NCBI RefSeq assembly: GCF_006345805.1
Contig: NC_043021.1
Span: 14,198,001 to 14,262,000 of the forward strand
Source: Octopus sinensis
Taxonomy: Eukaryota
Length of the DNA stretch: 64,000 bases
Reading direction: 5' to 3'
The notes below the pieces were generated by a model, which searched no databases, had not been told where the DNA came from, and worked only from the letters and a program-made list of their open reading frames with translations. Shown here in pieces: positions 1 through 14,514 of the stretch; within the stretch, counting starts at the first letter, position 1, and each line of letters begins with the position of its first letter. The position numbers and the translations under genes are program-made.

Positions 1-39
1 TATTGACCATGGACTATCTGTTGTAAGTACTGATGGAAA

Positions 40-310
40 ATTTATCAACTGACTGACCACATATGGTCACTGTCTTGCAAACATAACACGCAATTGCACA
101 TGATCACACATGGTCACTCTATAACACAGGCAAACCTGCTCACTGTCACACATGGTTACCCTGTCACACAAGCCATGCATGGTCGCCCTGTTACACACAG
201 TTGCACTTCATTCTGTCACACAGTCACACATGGTCACCTTGTCACATACAGTCACACATGGTTAACCCATCACACTGTTACATATGGTCACCCTGTCACA
301 CATAGTCTAC
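40..310. repeat. Degenerate ~17-19 bp minisatellite (cacacatggtcaccctgt-like)
   Basis: Recurrent ca(c/t)atggtca and ctgtcacac motifs; this explains the TH-rich ORF at 94..378. Confidence 0.75.
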
Positions 311-319
311 ATACAGGGA

Positions 320-778
320 ATGAAACTCTAGGTGTGGAAGCAAAACCTGGAATCAAAGGGATCTTAAAGACAACTTAGCAAAGACCAAAGTTCTAAGTAG
401 CAGCAAAAAAACAGACAGAATGTTAATCCCTTTAGGTAATTGGCCCTGTTTTATATGTAGAAAGGGTGTTGGTAGAAATTGTATAGGGTGCACTCAGTTT
501 AAACTGTGGACACAATGAAATAAGCAGTGGAACCACTGGAAGATAGTTCCTGTTACCTAGGAAATCTAAATGGTTGGGGTAAAATGTTAGGGGTGATGTG
601 CTGAAAGTATAGTCACCTGAATAAGAACAGGCTGGAGAAAGTTCGAGACCTATTACCTCTGTTAGTAACAAAAGGCCTCTCACTCAGAGTGACAGGCAGC
701 TTGTATGATGCTTGAGTATAAATGGCAGTGCTACATGGTTGTGAGACTTGAGCTGTGGATGCAGAGGATATGTGACTG
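320..778 (+). mobile_element. Decayed RTE-clade LINE, reverse transcriptase C-terminal region, 5' piece
   Basis: Broken translation WKQNLESKG..NLAKTKV..WPCFICRKGVGRNCIGCTQ.KLWT..CYLG..IRTGWRKF..LLPLLVTKGLSLRVTGSLYDA..AVLHGCET, typical of RTE elements with a Cys-rich insertion; contains stops and frameshifts. Confidence 0.85.
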
Positions 779-1152
779 TGCCGGTGGCACGTAAAAAGCA
801 CCAACCGATCGTGGCCATTGCCAGCCTCCCCTGGCACCCATGCCGGTGGCACGTAAAAAGCACCAACCGATCGTGGCCGTTGCCAGCCTCCCCTGGCAAA
901 CATGCCGGTGGCATGTAAAAAGCACCAACTGATCGTGGCCGTTGCCAGCCTCCCCTGGCAAACATGCCAATGGCACGTAAAAAGCACCCATTACACTCAC
1001 GGAGTGGTTGGCGTTAGGAAGGGCATCCAGCTGTAGAAACACTGCCAGATCTGACTGGAACCTGGTGCAGCCTCCTGGCTTCCCAGACCCCAGTTGAACC
1101 GTCCAGCCCATGCAGCATGGAAAAAAGACATTAAACAATGATGATGATGATG
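779..1152 (+). mobile_element. SINE 3' portion ending in (GAT)n, with an internal 62-bp unit repeated three times, inserted in the RTE fragment
   Basis: Units start at 779, 841, 903 and 965 (partial). The shared body ggagtggttggcgttaggaagggcatccagctgtagaaac recurs many times in the window. Confidence 0.85.
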
Positions 1153-1485
1153 TCAGAAAGATAAGAAGCTAGCAGTGTCAGTGTGTATGTATGACAAAAT
1201 GCAAATGTGTTGAGAGAAAAACTGGGCATAAGAGGCATCAAGTGTGAAATGCAAGAGAGGAGGCTGCGTTGGTATGGTCATGCGATGCAGATGGATAGGG
1301 GACAGCTGCATAAAGAAGAGTCGATTTCTAAATATTGAAGGAGTCTGTGGAAGAGGGAAACCCAGGAAGTTATGAGATGTAGGGAAGACTGACCTCAGAA
1401 TGTTGAGCCTCGTAGAGGAGATGATGGGGGACTAAGATGAATGGCGATATGCTGTGTTTGAGAAGACCCATCCAACTCAGCAAAA
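1153..1485 (+). mobile_element. Decayed RTE LINE, 3' piece
   Basis: NANVLREKLGIRGIKCEMQERRLRWYGHAMQM...GVCGRGKPRK..; it continues the 320-778 piece across the SINE. Confidence 0.85.
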
Positions 1486-1849
1486 ATAAAGCCCTGTCAA
1501 ACCTCCTGCCACAACTCATCTTTTAACACCCATTCCTCCATCACTTTACTGTAGTACTATTCACTTAGATGCTGTAAATGATACCACTTATCCCCATCCC
1601 CTTACACTTCTCATTGTATCCCTACTGCTATCCCTTAACGTCCCCTCCTCCCTGACCCACTTCTCTTTCCTTTCCTGACTGGAAGACTTTTAAATGTAAA
1701 TCTTCTGGGGTAAAGACTGACCTAGGGTAAAATAAATACCACATAAAATGTAATTTCCTCTATAAAATAATTTTACAGAGCGGGAACAGTTATGAAATCT
1801 AAAGAAAAAAGAAACAATAAAAAATGTTGTTATATTTGCTTATGTTATT

Positions 1850-2170
1850 TTATAAATTAACATTGTTCATTGTACTAAAAATTAATATTGTTCATTATAA
1901 ATAAACATCATTGAACTGTAAATTTACATTTTTTAAAAATTAACATTATTTATTGTCCTTTTTGTAAGTTAACACCATTCAATGTAAAGTAAATTAATAT
2001 TGTTCATTCTACCATAAACTGTTCATTATACTGTAAATTAACGACTTTCATTGTACCTTAAATTAATGCTGTTTATTGTACAATAAATTAACATTGTTCA
2101 TTGTACATTATTGTCGTTCATTATACTGTAAATAAACATTGTTCATTGTAGTGTAAATTAATGTTGTTCG
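1850..2170. repeat. AT-rich ~22-30 bp minisatellite (aaattaacattgttcattgtac)
   Basis: Motif repeated roughly a dozen times with divergence. Confidence 0.8.
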
Positions 2171-2230
2171 TCATACATCCAACACCTGGTTGCTGATACT
2201 CTATTTCTATTTTAAAATTCTTCTTTTCAG

Positions 2231-2321
2231 AAATCATTAATCAGGGAAGATGGCAGTTATTCACCAGAAGCAGGACCTCAACTTGCTAACAAGGTTGTAG
2301 GGAAAGATGCCAACGAAACTG
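2231..2321 (+). CDS. IARS2: IARS2 exon (first in window): [30 protein letters not shown]
   Basis: ttcttttcag acceptor, G|gtgtgt donor (phase 1). Aligns by eye with the IleRS segment after the CP1 domain (LVDEDG.F...AGP.L.NK.V). Confidence 0.88.
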
Positions 2322-5300
2322 GTGTGTATCATATTGTATTTTCCACACTATTTACTTGTCAGTTTATAAACTATAAACGTCGCCCTTTTCAAGCCTAGTC
2401 AGGCTCATGGGCCCGGTTTCTGTGGCGTATGTGTTCCCCCCAGCTGGACGGGACGCCAGTCCATCGCAGCGTTACTCAAGAAAACAGGAAGAGAGAGTGA
2501 GAGAAAGTTGTGGTGAAAGAGTACAATAGGGGTCGCCACCCCCTGCCGGAGTCTCGTGGAGCTTTTAGGTGTTTTCACTCAATAAACACAGACAACGCCC
2601 GGTCTGGGAATCGAAACCGCGATCTTCCGACTGCAAGTCCACTGCCCTAACCACTGGGCCATTGCGCCTCCACTTGTCAATTTATGGCTTTGGGTAAAAT
2701 AAAATACAGGATGATCAGTTAATTATGATTTTATTCAATGTATTCCCCTCTCAAAGGGGAATACATGGTGATCTTATATCAAGATAAATAGTGCATGACC
2801 TTGCAGGTGGAAGCACAGTTAGAATTTTTTTCAGGTTGAGTAGCCCATCCCCTCTCAAAAGGTCCCTGAATAAGGGTTGTTTAAAGATGATGAACGAAGC
2901 ACCCATGTTTCAAGAGGTGAATTATTCAAACCCCAAAGAATTCCTCTCAACACATGGCTATGATGCTCCCCTGCTACTTCTGCTCATGATCAGAGATGCA
3001 CATATTGTCAGCCACTAAGGGACATGCTGAACTGGTTAAGGTCAAACAACTGACAAGCAAATTTGTGGTATTGAGCAGAATATTTGCTGTAGTCCATCGT
3101 TTATACCAAGTCAAAACGTACATAATAACACTTCCAATCAGTTGACATCAGAAGCCATGGGAGCCAGTGCCTGGCTCTGTATGAAGGCATTTATAATTAT
3201 TATCACTATTAGCAACAGTAGCAGCACGCCTGCACTACGTTCTGAGTTCAAATTCCGCCGAGGTCGACTTTGCCTTTCATCCTTTTGGGGTCAATTAAAT
3301 AAGTACCAGTTACTCACTGGGGTCGATATAATCGACTTAATCCGTTTGTCTGTCCTTGTTTGTCCTCTCTGTGTTTAGCCCCTTGTGGGTAGTAAAGAAA
3401 TAGGTATTCTGCTGAAGTCAACATTGCCTTTCATCCTTTCGTGGTTGTTGAAGCAAGTACCAGTCAAGTACTGGGGTCGATGTGAGCGACTAGGCCCCTC
3501 CCCATTAAATTTCATCTCTTGTGTTGATTCTAGAAATAATAATTTGTTATTGTTGTTGTTGTTCTACTTTGTGTCAGTTTTGGAATTACTGGGAGATCAT
3601 GTGATTAAAGTGGAGGACTTCGTTCACAGTTACCCTTACGATTGGCGCACCAACCAGCCTGTGATCATACGAGCTAGTCTTCAATGGTTCATGGACACCA
3701 GCTCTGTGAAGGAGACTGCAATTGTAAGTAGAACTCGATGCTTTTAAGGGACGAAGGTGGACTTGTGGGAAGATGATATGCTTGCAGAAAGTTGGACAGA
3801 CTTGTGGGAAGGCGGATCGTGGGAGGAGGCTGTGGACTTGTGGAAAGGTGGTGGGCTTGTGGGAAGGCGGATTGTGGGAGGAGGCCGTGGACCTGTGGAA
3901 GGGTGGTGGGCTTGTGGGAGGGCAGTGGACTGGTTCTTGTGGGAGAGGGTGGGTTGGTGGGAGAGGGCATGGGCTCGTCTGTAGAATTATGCGGTGAATG
4001 GCATTTTTAGAGTGGACTCAGATTGAAAATATTAAAATATTAAACAAGAAATATATTGTTTTGTTGTCGTTGATGTTGCTGTTTAACCCTGGGTTAATTT
4101 TTGCTCAAGTAAAACTATGAAAAGAATTCTGTTACTCTCTCATCTCTCAATTTCTTGCTATGTCTAGCTGCTCATGTGACTACACAGGGGCTTCTTCACT
4201 GATGCATGTTGGTGAGTCGAGCAAAACAGCATACACCTCTATTGTTTTTATATATACATATATTTGTAATCTAATAAATTTTTGAGGTTCAAGCTGCTGG
4301 ACTGTTCATCTTATGTGATTCTTTATTGCCCACAAGGGGCTAAACATAGAGGAGACAAACGGATTAAGTCGATTACATCGACCCCAGTGCGTAACTGGTA
4401 CTTAATTTATCGACCCCGAAAGGATGAAAGGCAAAGTCGACCTCGGCAGAATTTGAGCTCAGAACGCAACGACAGACGCAATACCGCTAAGCATTTCGCC
4501 CGGTGTGCTAACGTTTCTGCCAGCTTGCCGCCTGTTCATCTTATGGCCATAAGTTCATCATCATCATCAGCATCATCATATATAGTGCCACAATATATAA
4601 ACTATAGAATCTATGTATTTGAATGTGTAGGATGGTAGGAAAGGCCTGGTACCAGACTTGCAATATTCAGTTGTTGTCTGCTGGTTGTGTGCTGCATGTG
4701 TGTACACATACATCTACATGTCTGTTCGTATATAAGTACACATAGACAAATGTATATGTATACACATATAGGTGCTTGATTCAATACAAAACTGCAGATC
4801 CAGCCTAGGAGTGACTTCAAGTTTAGTGTATGTATAAAAGAACTTGCTTCACTATGTAACATGGTGAGCTGAACATGGAACCATGTGGTTTGGAAGCAAG
4901 CTTCTTATTTCTTTATTGTCCACAAGGGGCTAAACATAGAGGGGACAAACAAGGAGCGACAAAGGGATTTAGTCGAATACATCGACCCCAGTGCGTAACT
5001 GGTACTTAATTTATCAACCCCGAAAGGATGAAAGGCAAAGTCGATCTCGGCGGAATTTGAACTCAGAACGTAACGGCAGATGAAATACCGCTAAGCATCT
5101 CACCTGGCGTGCTAACGATTCTGCCAGCTCGCCGCCTTAAGCAAGATTCTTACCACACAGCTACACCTATGCCTGTGCATATATAATATGTATCGTACCT
5201 GTCAATGTAATTAATATATTACCTTGTTAAATTACCTCTTGTGGTTCTTATCTGACTTTTATCTCCTCACTTTGCTCTTTTCTTTCTGTTTCTCTCCCTT

Positions 5301-6368
5301 TTGCAATTTCTCTCTCTCTCTCCCATTCTCTTTCTCTCACACCTATATCCACTCTATCACACATGCAATAATTCTCTCTTTCTCACACATATTTCTGTCT
5401 TATTCTCTCTTTCTCTCTCTCTCTCATCTACACTATTCCTCTCTCACTTATTCCCTCCCTCCCTCACATTCTCTTATTAACTTCTATTCTCTCACTCCTT
5501 TCTGTTTCTTCACTCCTCACATCAATTCTCATTTCTCTCACACACATTCTCATCTCTCAATCATTCCTCTCTCTCTTTCTCACGCACACACAAACACACA
5601 TGCACTCCCATACTCATCTTTTCTCTCTCTCTCTCTCCTCTCACACTTGTCACTTACTCTCACACCACCCACTTCTCTTTCTCTCTGTCTCTTCACAGAA
5701 ATGTCTCGACTCTGTCAACATCTACCCCAAGTCATCACAGAACAGTATGCTGTCCCAGCTAGAATCCAGGACATACTGGTGCATCTCTCGTCAGAGATCT
5801 TGGGGGCTGCCCATTCCTGTCTTTTACTGTCGTTCTACTGGAAAACCCTTCATTACAGTGTAATTATTTGACTCCAACTTTATTTCTACCACCAACATCA
5901 TTATTTGTGTGTATGTATGTGTGTATATGTGTGTGTGTGTATCATCATCATCATTTAACGTCTTCTTTCCATGCTGGCATGGGTTAGACAGTTTGACTGA
6001 AACTGGTAAGCCAGAGAGCTGCACCAGGCTCCAGTCTGATTTGGCTTGGTTTCTAACAGCTATTTGCAATAAAGGACCCGAAATACACGTTACGTGATAG
6101 CTGGGTGTGCAAAAAATAGCAGCCAAATCTTTCCTTTTCTGGGTAAAGGAGCCGTTTACATGTGAGTTTGATGTCACATTCATTGAAAGCATGCAAAATA
6201 ACATAGAAAAGAAAAAAAAAACTATGAAACAAAACTTGCATTTTAATTTTACCTGCAGGATGTTTTGTTGATCAGATCAACTGGAACCCTTGTCATTGTA
6301 ACTGACAGAGTGGCAGTTTATATGTATGTATGTAAGTACATATGTATGCATGTATATGTGTATATATA

Positions 6369-6435
<67 letters not shown>

Positions 6436-9400
6436 TATATCAAAATAAGCAACAGGATACCCAGAGTTCAAGGCAAAGTCAACCTTGGCAGAATTTGAAC
6501 TCAGAACGTAATGGCAAATGAAATACTGCTAAGCATTTTGCCCGACATGCTAACAATTCTGCCAGCTCACCACCCTAATTATATAATATATAATATTAAT
6601 GATTCATAGCATATATAAATTAGTGAAATATAAAATTTTTATCTATACATATACTATAATAATAGTCTTGTGTTTGTGAATGAGAAAGGAAGGGGTGACA
6701 GATGAATAAGGAAGGAAGGGGTGATGTCATACTTGGTAGTGGGATGATGAAAATTGTATGCTGAAAAAATAAATCAAATAGCATTTCAACTCTGTGTGAA
6801 TATATGTGTGTGTATGTAAAAGGGGGGATATGTGAATGTGTGTGCATGCATGTGTGTGTGCACATGCAATGGAAGTGGGGTAGTTCATCTTTGTTCACTT
6901 AGTATTTGGGTTTATTTTTTTGATTTGGTTGAATCTTACTTGGTTTCTATTTTTTTTTGTTGGTCAGTTATTTTTAGTGTTTTGACAGAAAAAGTCATTC
7001 TAAAATTGTTTTTTAACGTAAGCGTGCCCAAACAAGTCGAATGCTTACACAGAGCAGGTTTTACAGCCACATCATCCAAACCGACTGGGTGAAACCGGGC
7101 TTAGCTGCTAGTTTATACATAAAAGTAGGGGGTGGAGGCACTGAGGGTAGCCATGAGGTGGGGGTGGGGGTGGCCCAAAAAGTTTGAGAACTTCTGCTAT
7201 AGTGGAAGACACTTGCCCAAGGTGCCATGTAGTGGGACTGAACTCAGTACCACATGGTACAGAAGCAAACTTCTTACCACTCAGCCACACCTGGGCACGT
7301 ATCTGAATGAAAGTGAGAGAGTTCATATTTGTAATGTTTAATTGTATGTCCTATAATAATTGCTGTTGTTGTTGTTGTCATCTTTTACAGAGACAGTGTC
7401 AACCACATCTCTAAGTTATTCCTTGAACACGGCACTGATGTTTGGTGGAAGATGTCTACAGAGGAACTGTTACCTGAGTCTGTTCTACAGAAGGTAGTGT
7501 TATAGTTGTGATTGGTCTGTTGTGATATATTGTGTGTGTGTGTGTACAACCATGTGGTGTGTGATGATGTGGTCTGGGGCTGTGTTGGGAAGTGGTATGT
7601 GTCGTAGTAGTGAGTGCCACCTTGTTGTGTGATGCTGGGGAGTCATATTTGTTGTCATGGTGTAGTGTTCTGTTGTGTGGTCTGGTCAGTGATGTGGCCT
7701 GGTGCTGTGTTGTGTGGTACAGTATTACCTTGTGATGTGGTCTGTGATGTAGTCAAGTGCAGTGTTGGTGAGTGGTACATGTTGTAGTGTGAGCTTTGTA
7801 GCATTGCTGACTTAAGACCTGAGCACACTGGGCAGTTTCCCTGGGAGCCGAAGGGTCTAGGGCTCCAATTCAGATCTATGTATGCTCTGTCAATAAAACT
7901 TACAGGGCCCAGTATATACTGATTTGCCTGGGAGCCCAATTCTGACCTATGTATGATTTGCCTTTGCTGTCAATAAATAATACTATAGGGACCAGTGCAT
8001 TGATATGCCTGGGGTTAACATAGGTGTAGGGACCCAATTCTGATATTGTATGTTGTGACTTGCTATCAGTAAGAAATACTATAGGGACCAATGCATTGAT
8101 TTGTCTGGGGTCCTTGTAGATGTAGGGGGCCCAATTCTGATCTTTATTTGCTGTGCTTTGCTGCCAATAAATAAATTTTATATGGCCCAGTGTATTAATT
8201 TGCCTGATGGGGGTGGGAGGACTTATGAGTGTAGGGGGCCCAATTCTGACTTATGTATGATTTGCCTTGCTGTCAATGAATAAATCTTATCGTGCCCAGT
8301 AGATTGATTTGCCTGGGGGCTTACAGTACTGCCAATATGGCCCTGTATTGTGGTGTAATATAGCCTTATGGTGCTGTCTGTGATGTAAGCCTAGAGCTGT
8401 GTTGTTGTGGTGATCTGGTGTGGTGTAGTGATCTGTTGAATGGTGGTATGTTGCACTTTGTGATGTGTCTTTGGTGCTTAAATTGGTGGTGATGGAACAT
8501 GTATAATGGGAGATTGGTGGTGGCAGAGGATGTACTGGTGTAATGTGGGTAGTTATAAGGTGTTGGTGGTGTAGTATGCTGACGATGTACATTATTGTTA
8601 TTTAGCCCCAGGTCTGATGTGACTGGACAGAGAGACAGACCAATCATCAATGATTGCCTTAGGCATAACCATGCTCTCTTTTGGAGTGATGTAGGATGTT
8701 ATTCGAGTTAAATTTGGCTGCTATTTCTTGTAGGTCGAATGATCATGTAGAAGTCTCTCATAATTGGTCTCACATAAATAGTGCTGCTAGTTACCACAAT
8801 AAGCTCAGAGTCACTCCCTTTTTGTAGAATACTTAGAAAAAAGGAGCACTCCATCGATTACGACGACGAGGGTCCCTACTGATACAATCAATGGAATAGC
8901 TTTCTCGTGAAATTAACATGCAAGTGGCTGAGCACTCCACAGACACGTGTACCCTTAATGTAGTTTTCAGGGAGATTCAGCGTGATACAGAGTGTGACAA
9001 GGCTGACCCTTTGAAATACAGATACTACTCATTTTTGCCAGCTGAGTGGACTGGAGCAATGTGAAATAAAGTGTCTTGCTCAAGGACACAACATGTCACC
9101 AGGAATTGAACTCATGACCTTTACGATTGTGAATAGAACGCCCTCACCACTAAGCCATGCACCTTCACTGTAGAATACTATGATGATATCATTCAGAATA
9201 ATTATGTGCTTTTATGATGATTATTATCTCTATGTTAATTACTGTAATTACTGGATGATTGCATTTTCTGTTTTTCTCTCATTTTTTTTTTCTATCTGTT
9301 GTCTCTGAAGTCTTTATCATCATTTATTTCCTCTTGTCTTTCAGAGTGGTATAAAGAATTCCTCTGGTTTTGTGAAAGGGGAAGATATTTTGGACATATG

Positions 9401-9973
9401 GTTTGATAGCGGTGTCTCTTGGGCCTGCATATTACAAGGTAACATTTGTTGTAATTGTTGTTGCTGGTGGTGGTGGTGGCGGTGATGGTTGGCTTCCAGG
9501 TCTGCCATCAGCGGGCAGATCCAAGATCAAAGTTATTTCATCCATGACCATCCTGTCTTTTAGTTTCTGAAGAAGCCAGCATTGTCCAATGTCTTTTATT
9601 CAACTTTCGGATGTGATTTGAGAGAGGGATTTTGGTTGCTATTTCTGGAGGCCAAGCGACCACAGAATTGCATACTCATTAGATAGTAGCAGATTTTGCC
9701 ATTGATGGTGGAAATATCAATGAGCATTGCTCCTCCTCCTCCTCCTCCTGGTGGGTGAAGTAAACTTACCTGTATGGGAAACACCTTTAATTAATCTATA
9801 TAGGATTGTTGGCCTTTGAATTAGAATGTGTACTAAAGTTGATTTAATGTAAATCAACCAAATGCGCAACCCTATTATATCAAAGGACCCTAAGACACTT
9901 ATTCAGGAGAAACATGAATTGAAATGTAAGAAGAAAATGATTTTTTACTAAATAAATTTTCAAAATGTATAAC

Positions 9974-10036
<63 letters not shown>

Positions 10037-13000
10037 AATATATATATATATACATCATCATCATCGTTTAACGTCTGCTTTCCATGCTGGCATGGATCGG
10101 ACGGTTTGACCGGAGTCTGGGAAGCCAGGAGGCTGCACTAGGCTCCAGTCTGATCTGGCAGTGTTTCTACAGCTGGATGCCCTTCCTAATGCCAACCACT
10201 CTGAGAGTGTAGTGGGTGTTTTTTTATGTGCCATTGGCATAAAGGCCTGAGGGGGCTGGCATCAACCACAATCGGATGGTGCTTTTTACATGTGACCGGC
10301 ACAGGAGCCAGTCAGAGCAAGCAGACTGGCAGAATTGTTAGCATGTTGGACAGAATGCTTAGTGGCATTTTGTCTTTCTTTGCAATCAAAGTTCAAATAC
10401 AACCAAGGTCAACTTTGTCTTTCATCCTTTTGAAATCAAGGAAATATTTACCAGTTGAGCACAGGGATCAATATAACTGATTAGCCCCACTATCACCTGG
10501 CAAAAGTTTCAGGCATTGTGCCTATAGTAGAAGGGTATTTAGTTAAATCCCATAATCTTCTGAGTACAAGTTCTCTGTGAGTTGACTTGGCCTTTCATTC
10601 CCTCTTTCAAGGTCATTTAGACAAGTACCTGCTTTATATTAGTGTTTGTTCATTCAACTTCTAGTTTATAACTTGTGACCTTGTCTTCCATTTTTAACTT
10701 TCCTATTTGCTTTACATTTGGCCTTTCTATCTCCAGATTCTAATGAAGAAGCTGATGTCTATTTGGAAGGACTTGACCAGTTTGGGGGCTGGTTTTTGTC
10801 CTCTCTTCTCACCAGTGTGGCCCTCAATGAAAAGCCCCCTTTCAAGTGAGTTATCCCGTATTTGAAATTATTTTTTTTATTGCTATCTAGATTGTCTTTT
10901 TTTAATTTCATCCTTTACTTCATACTTGTTTTAGTCATTGGACTGTGGCCATGCTGGGGCACTGCCTTGAAAGGTTTTCAGTTGAATAGATTGCTCCCCC
11001 ACCAGGACTTTTAATTATGGTACTTTTTCCATCAGTCTCTCATACCAAATCGCTAAGTTACAGGGACATAAACAAACCAACACTGGTTATGGAGAAGGGT
11101 GGGGACAAACATACAAGGACACACACATAATTACATACATACACACACACATAAACACACATGTATAAATATACATATATATGTATACATACATATGTAT
11201 ATATACATGTATATATGTATACATACATATGTGTGTGTGTATATATATATATCATACAAATAAACCATTTAAACATCTGTAATTCTCCATTTTCTCCCTT
11301 TCATCATTATTAACAATATGTATTACTATAATAATCCTTAACATATTGCCGAGCCTTTCTCTTTATATGATAGGGATTAACCAGTGAGATTTTTGGATTG
11401 TTTAATCCCTAGTGAGGACCTGACATCCTCAAATTGACTGACTATACAGTATATATATATAAGAGAAGAAAATGGATATAATAACAATGGAAAACTCGTG
11501 GTTTATACTGGCATGTCTTTAATTAAATAGGTAACAAAGAAGCAGAGATGAGGGTGGCATTTACGATCGTTTCGATTTACTGGTCTAAGTAAATCTCTTC
11601 AGAATGCAAAGATAGATAGATAGATGCATCGGTTAGGATGCGAAAGTGATTGATACATATGTGATGGTGATGTAAACAAATTGGTAATTCTTACATTGAA
11701 ATTTTGTTCGTGCAATGGTAAATTCGCTGAGTAGAGGTTTGCCTGTGGTAGATTGGTTAGTTTCGTTGGGAAATTAGGGTGGGGTGAATATTATTTAGGT
11801 GCGAGCCATCTTGTTTAATTAAGCACATGTGTGTGTGTGTGTGCATATGCACACAATTTTCAGCTACGAAATTCATTGACAAGGCGTTGACTTGTCATAG
11901 GGTATAGTAGAAGACACTTACCCAAGGTGCTGCGCAGTGTGACTGAATCTGAAACCGCATAATCGCAAAACAAGCTTTAAACCACACAGCCATGATTGCA
12001 CTTATACAAATATTCTTTCAACACATTTTCTATAACATTAACCACAGACACTTTTATGCAGCTCTTTCTTTGTATGTGCATTCACTTAGAGGTCCCTGTT
12101 AAACATCAGTTCATAGCTGTGTGTAGGTGTATATAAGCTGCACACAATCAACTGCATCACTGCACTATCATCTGTGTTGTTGTCTTTACAGGTCTCTTGT
12201 GGTTCATGGGTTCACAGTTGATGCGGATGGCAAGAAAATGTCCAAATCTGTCGGAAATGTCATAGATCCGATGGATGTTGTGGATGGATCCAAGGTAGGC
12301 ATATTTGGCTTACATGTGATGTTATAGGCTTTTATCCTATTCATTCTCCGATGTTCTCACACACACACATTCTTTTTTTCTTATGGTCATGTGCTGCGGT
12401 GGTTGCCAACCTCCTACTTCTGTCCAACAGCAGTTTACTCTCCTCCTCCTCCTCCTCATCATCATCATCATCATCATCCTCCTTCTCCTCCTCCTCCTCC
12501 TCTAATAGATAGTCTCTCATCACTGACTTTGTATTTTTTGTGGGTTTCTTCCATTTCAGGCCAGTGGTATTCCATCCTACGGAGCTGATGTCCTGCGATG
12601 GTGGGTGGCCACTTCGGGACTACAGAGTAACATCCCCATCGGAAGTTCAATCCTCACCAGGTGTAACGAGGAAGTATTTCGGGTGAGTGAGAATGAAAAT
12701 TTTACATAATAATAATAACAATAATAATAATAATAATAAAAATAATAGCACTTTCTACTTTAGGCACAAGGCCTGAAATATTTTGTAGAGGGGTGCTGTC
12801 AATTACATCGACCTCAGTACTCCACTGGTACTTATTTTATTGACCCTCAGAGGATGAAAGGTAAAGTTGACTTCGGCAAAATTTGAATTCAGAATGTAGA
12901 CGGACAAAATGCCACTAAGCATTCTGCCTGTTATGCTAATGATTCTGCCAGCTTGTCACTTTAGCATCATCATCATGATAATAATCTACTATAATAATAC

Positions 13001-14475
13001 TCTTGTGTTTTTCTCCATCACAACATGTGAATGAGAAAGGAAGGGGTGATAGATGAATAAGGAAGGGAGGGGTGATGGCAAACTGGTAGTGGGAGCTATA
13101 GTAGAAGACACTTGCCCAAAGTGCCACACAGTGGGATTGAACCCCGGAACCATGTAGCTGGTAAGCAAGCTACTTACCACACAGCCATTCCTGTGCCTAT
13201 GTATGTATGTATGTATATATGTCATGTATGTTACATATATATATGTGTGATATGTAATGAGTACATTTGTTGGTGTGCCTGTGTCTGTTACTGTGTGAGT
13301 ATATGTAAAAGGGAGGTATGTGAATGTGTGTGTGTGTGTGTGTGTGCAATGGATGTGGGATGGTAAACATTCAACGCTGAAAAGAAAAATCAAACAGCGT
13401 TTCAACTCTGAGTATATGTGTGTGTACAAGGGAAGTATGTGAATGTTTGTATGTGTGAACAAGCTTTCTTTCAGTAACAAATGATGATCGATGTCACAGC
13501 AAGCCAAGTAAAATCGCAAGTGTGGCAGATACCGGTGTCACACAAATGGCACATAAAAGCACCCATTACACTCTCAGAGTGGTTGGCATTAAGAAGGGCC
13601 ATCCAGCTGTAGAAAGCCATGCCAAATCAGACTGAAATCTGGTGCAGCCTCCTAGCATGCCAGCCTGGTCAAACCATCCAACCTATACCAGTATGGACAG
13701 CAGACATTAACTGATGATGATGATGATGATCTCAAAAGACAAACATTAGATAACATTGACTAGTGTATTAATTTTATTTACCATCCATATATTCTTTTAC
13801 TCTTTTACTTGTTTCAGTCATTTGACTGTGGCCATGCTGGAGCACCGCCTTTAGTCGAGCAAACCGACCCCAGGACTTATTCTTTGTAAGCCTAGTACTT
13901 ATTCTATCGGTCTCTTTTTGCCAAACCGCTAAGTTATGGGGACGTAAACGCGCCAGCATCGGTTGTCAAGCGATGCTGGGGGGACAAACACACACATATG
14001 CATACATATATACGATGGGCTTCTGTTCAGTTTCCGTCTACCAAATCCACTCACAAAGCTTTGGTTGGCCCAAAGCTATAGTAGAAGACACTTGCCCAAG
14101 GTGCCACACAGTGGGACTGAACCCCAGAACCACGTAGCTGGTAAGGAAGCTACTTACCACACAGCCACTCCTATGCCTATGTATGTATGTATATATGTCA
14201 TGTATGTCACATATATATATGTGTGATATGTAAGGAGTACATTTGTTGGTGTGCCTGTGTCTGTTGCATACATGTAACATGAAGATGTAACATAATGTTG
14301 TTGTTTTTGTTTGTTTGTTGCAGTTACGCAAGACTTGCCGGTTCCTGTTGGGTAATCTCTGGGATTTCACACCTGACAAAGACAGCGTCTCCTACAACCA
14401 GCTGCTTGCACAGGACAGCTATATGTTGCACCTGCTGCATGACTTTGCACTCAAGGTAAGGATACATGTGAGTGT

Positions 14476-14514
<39 letters not shown>

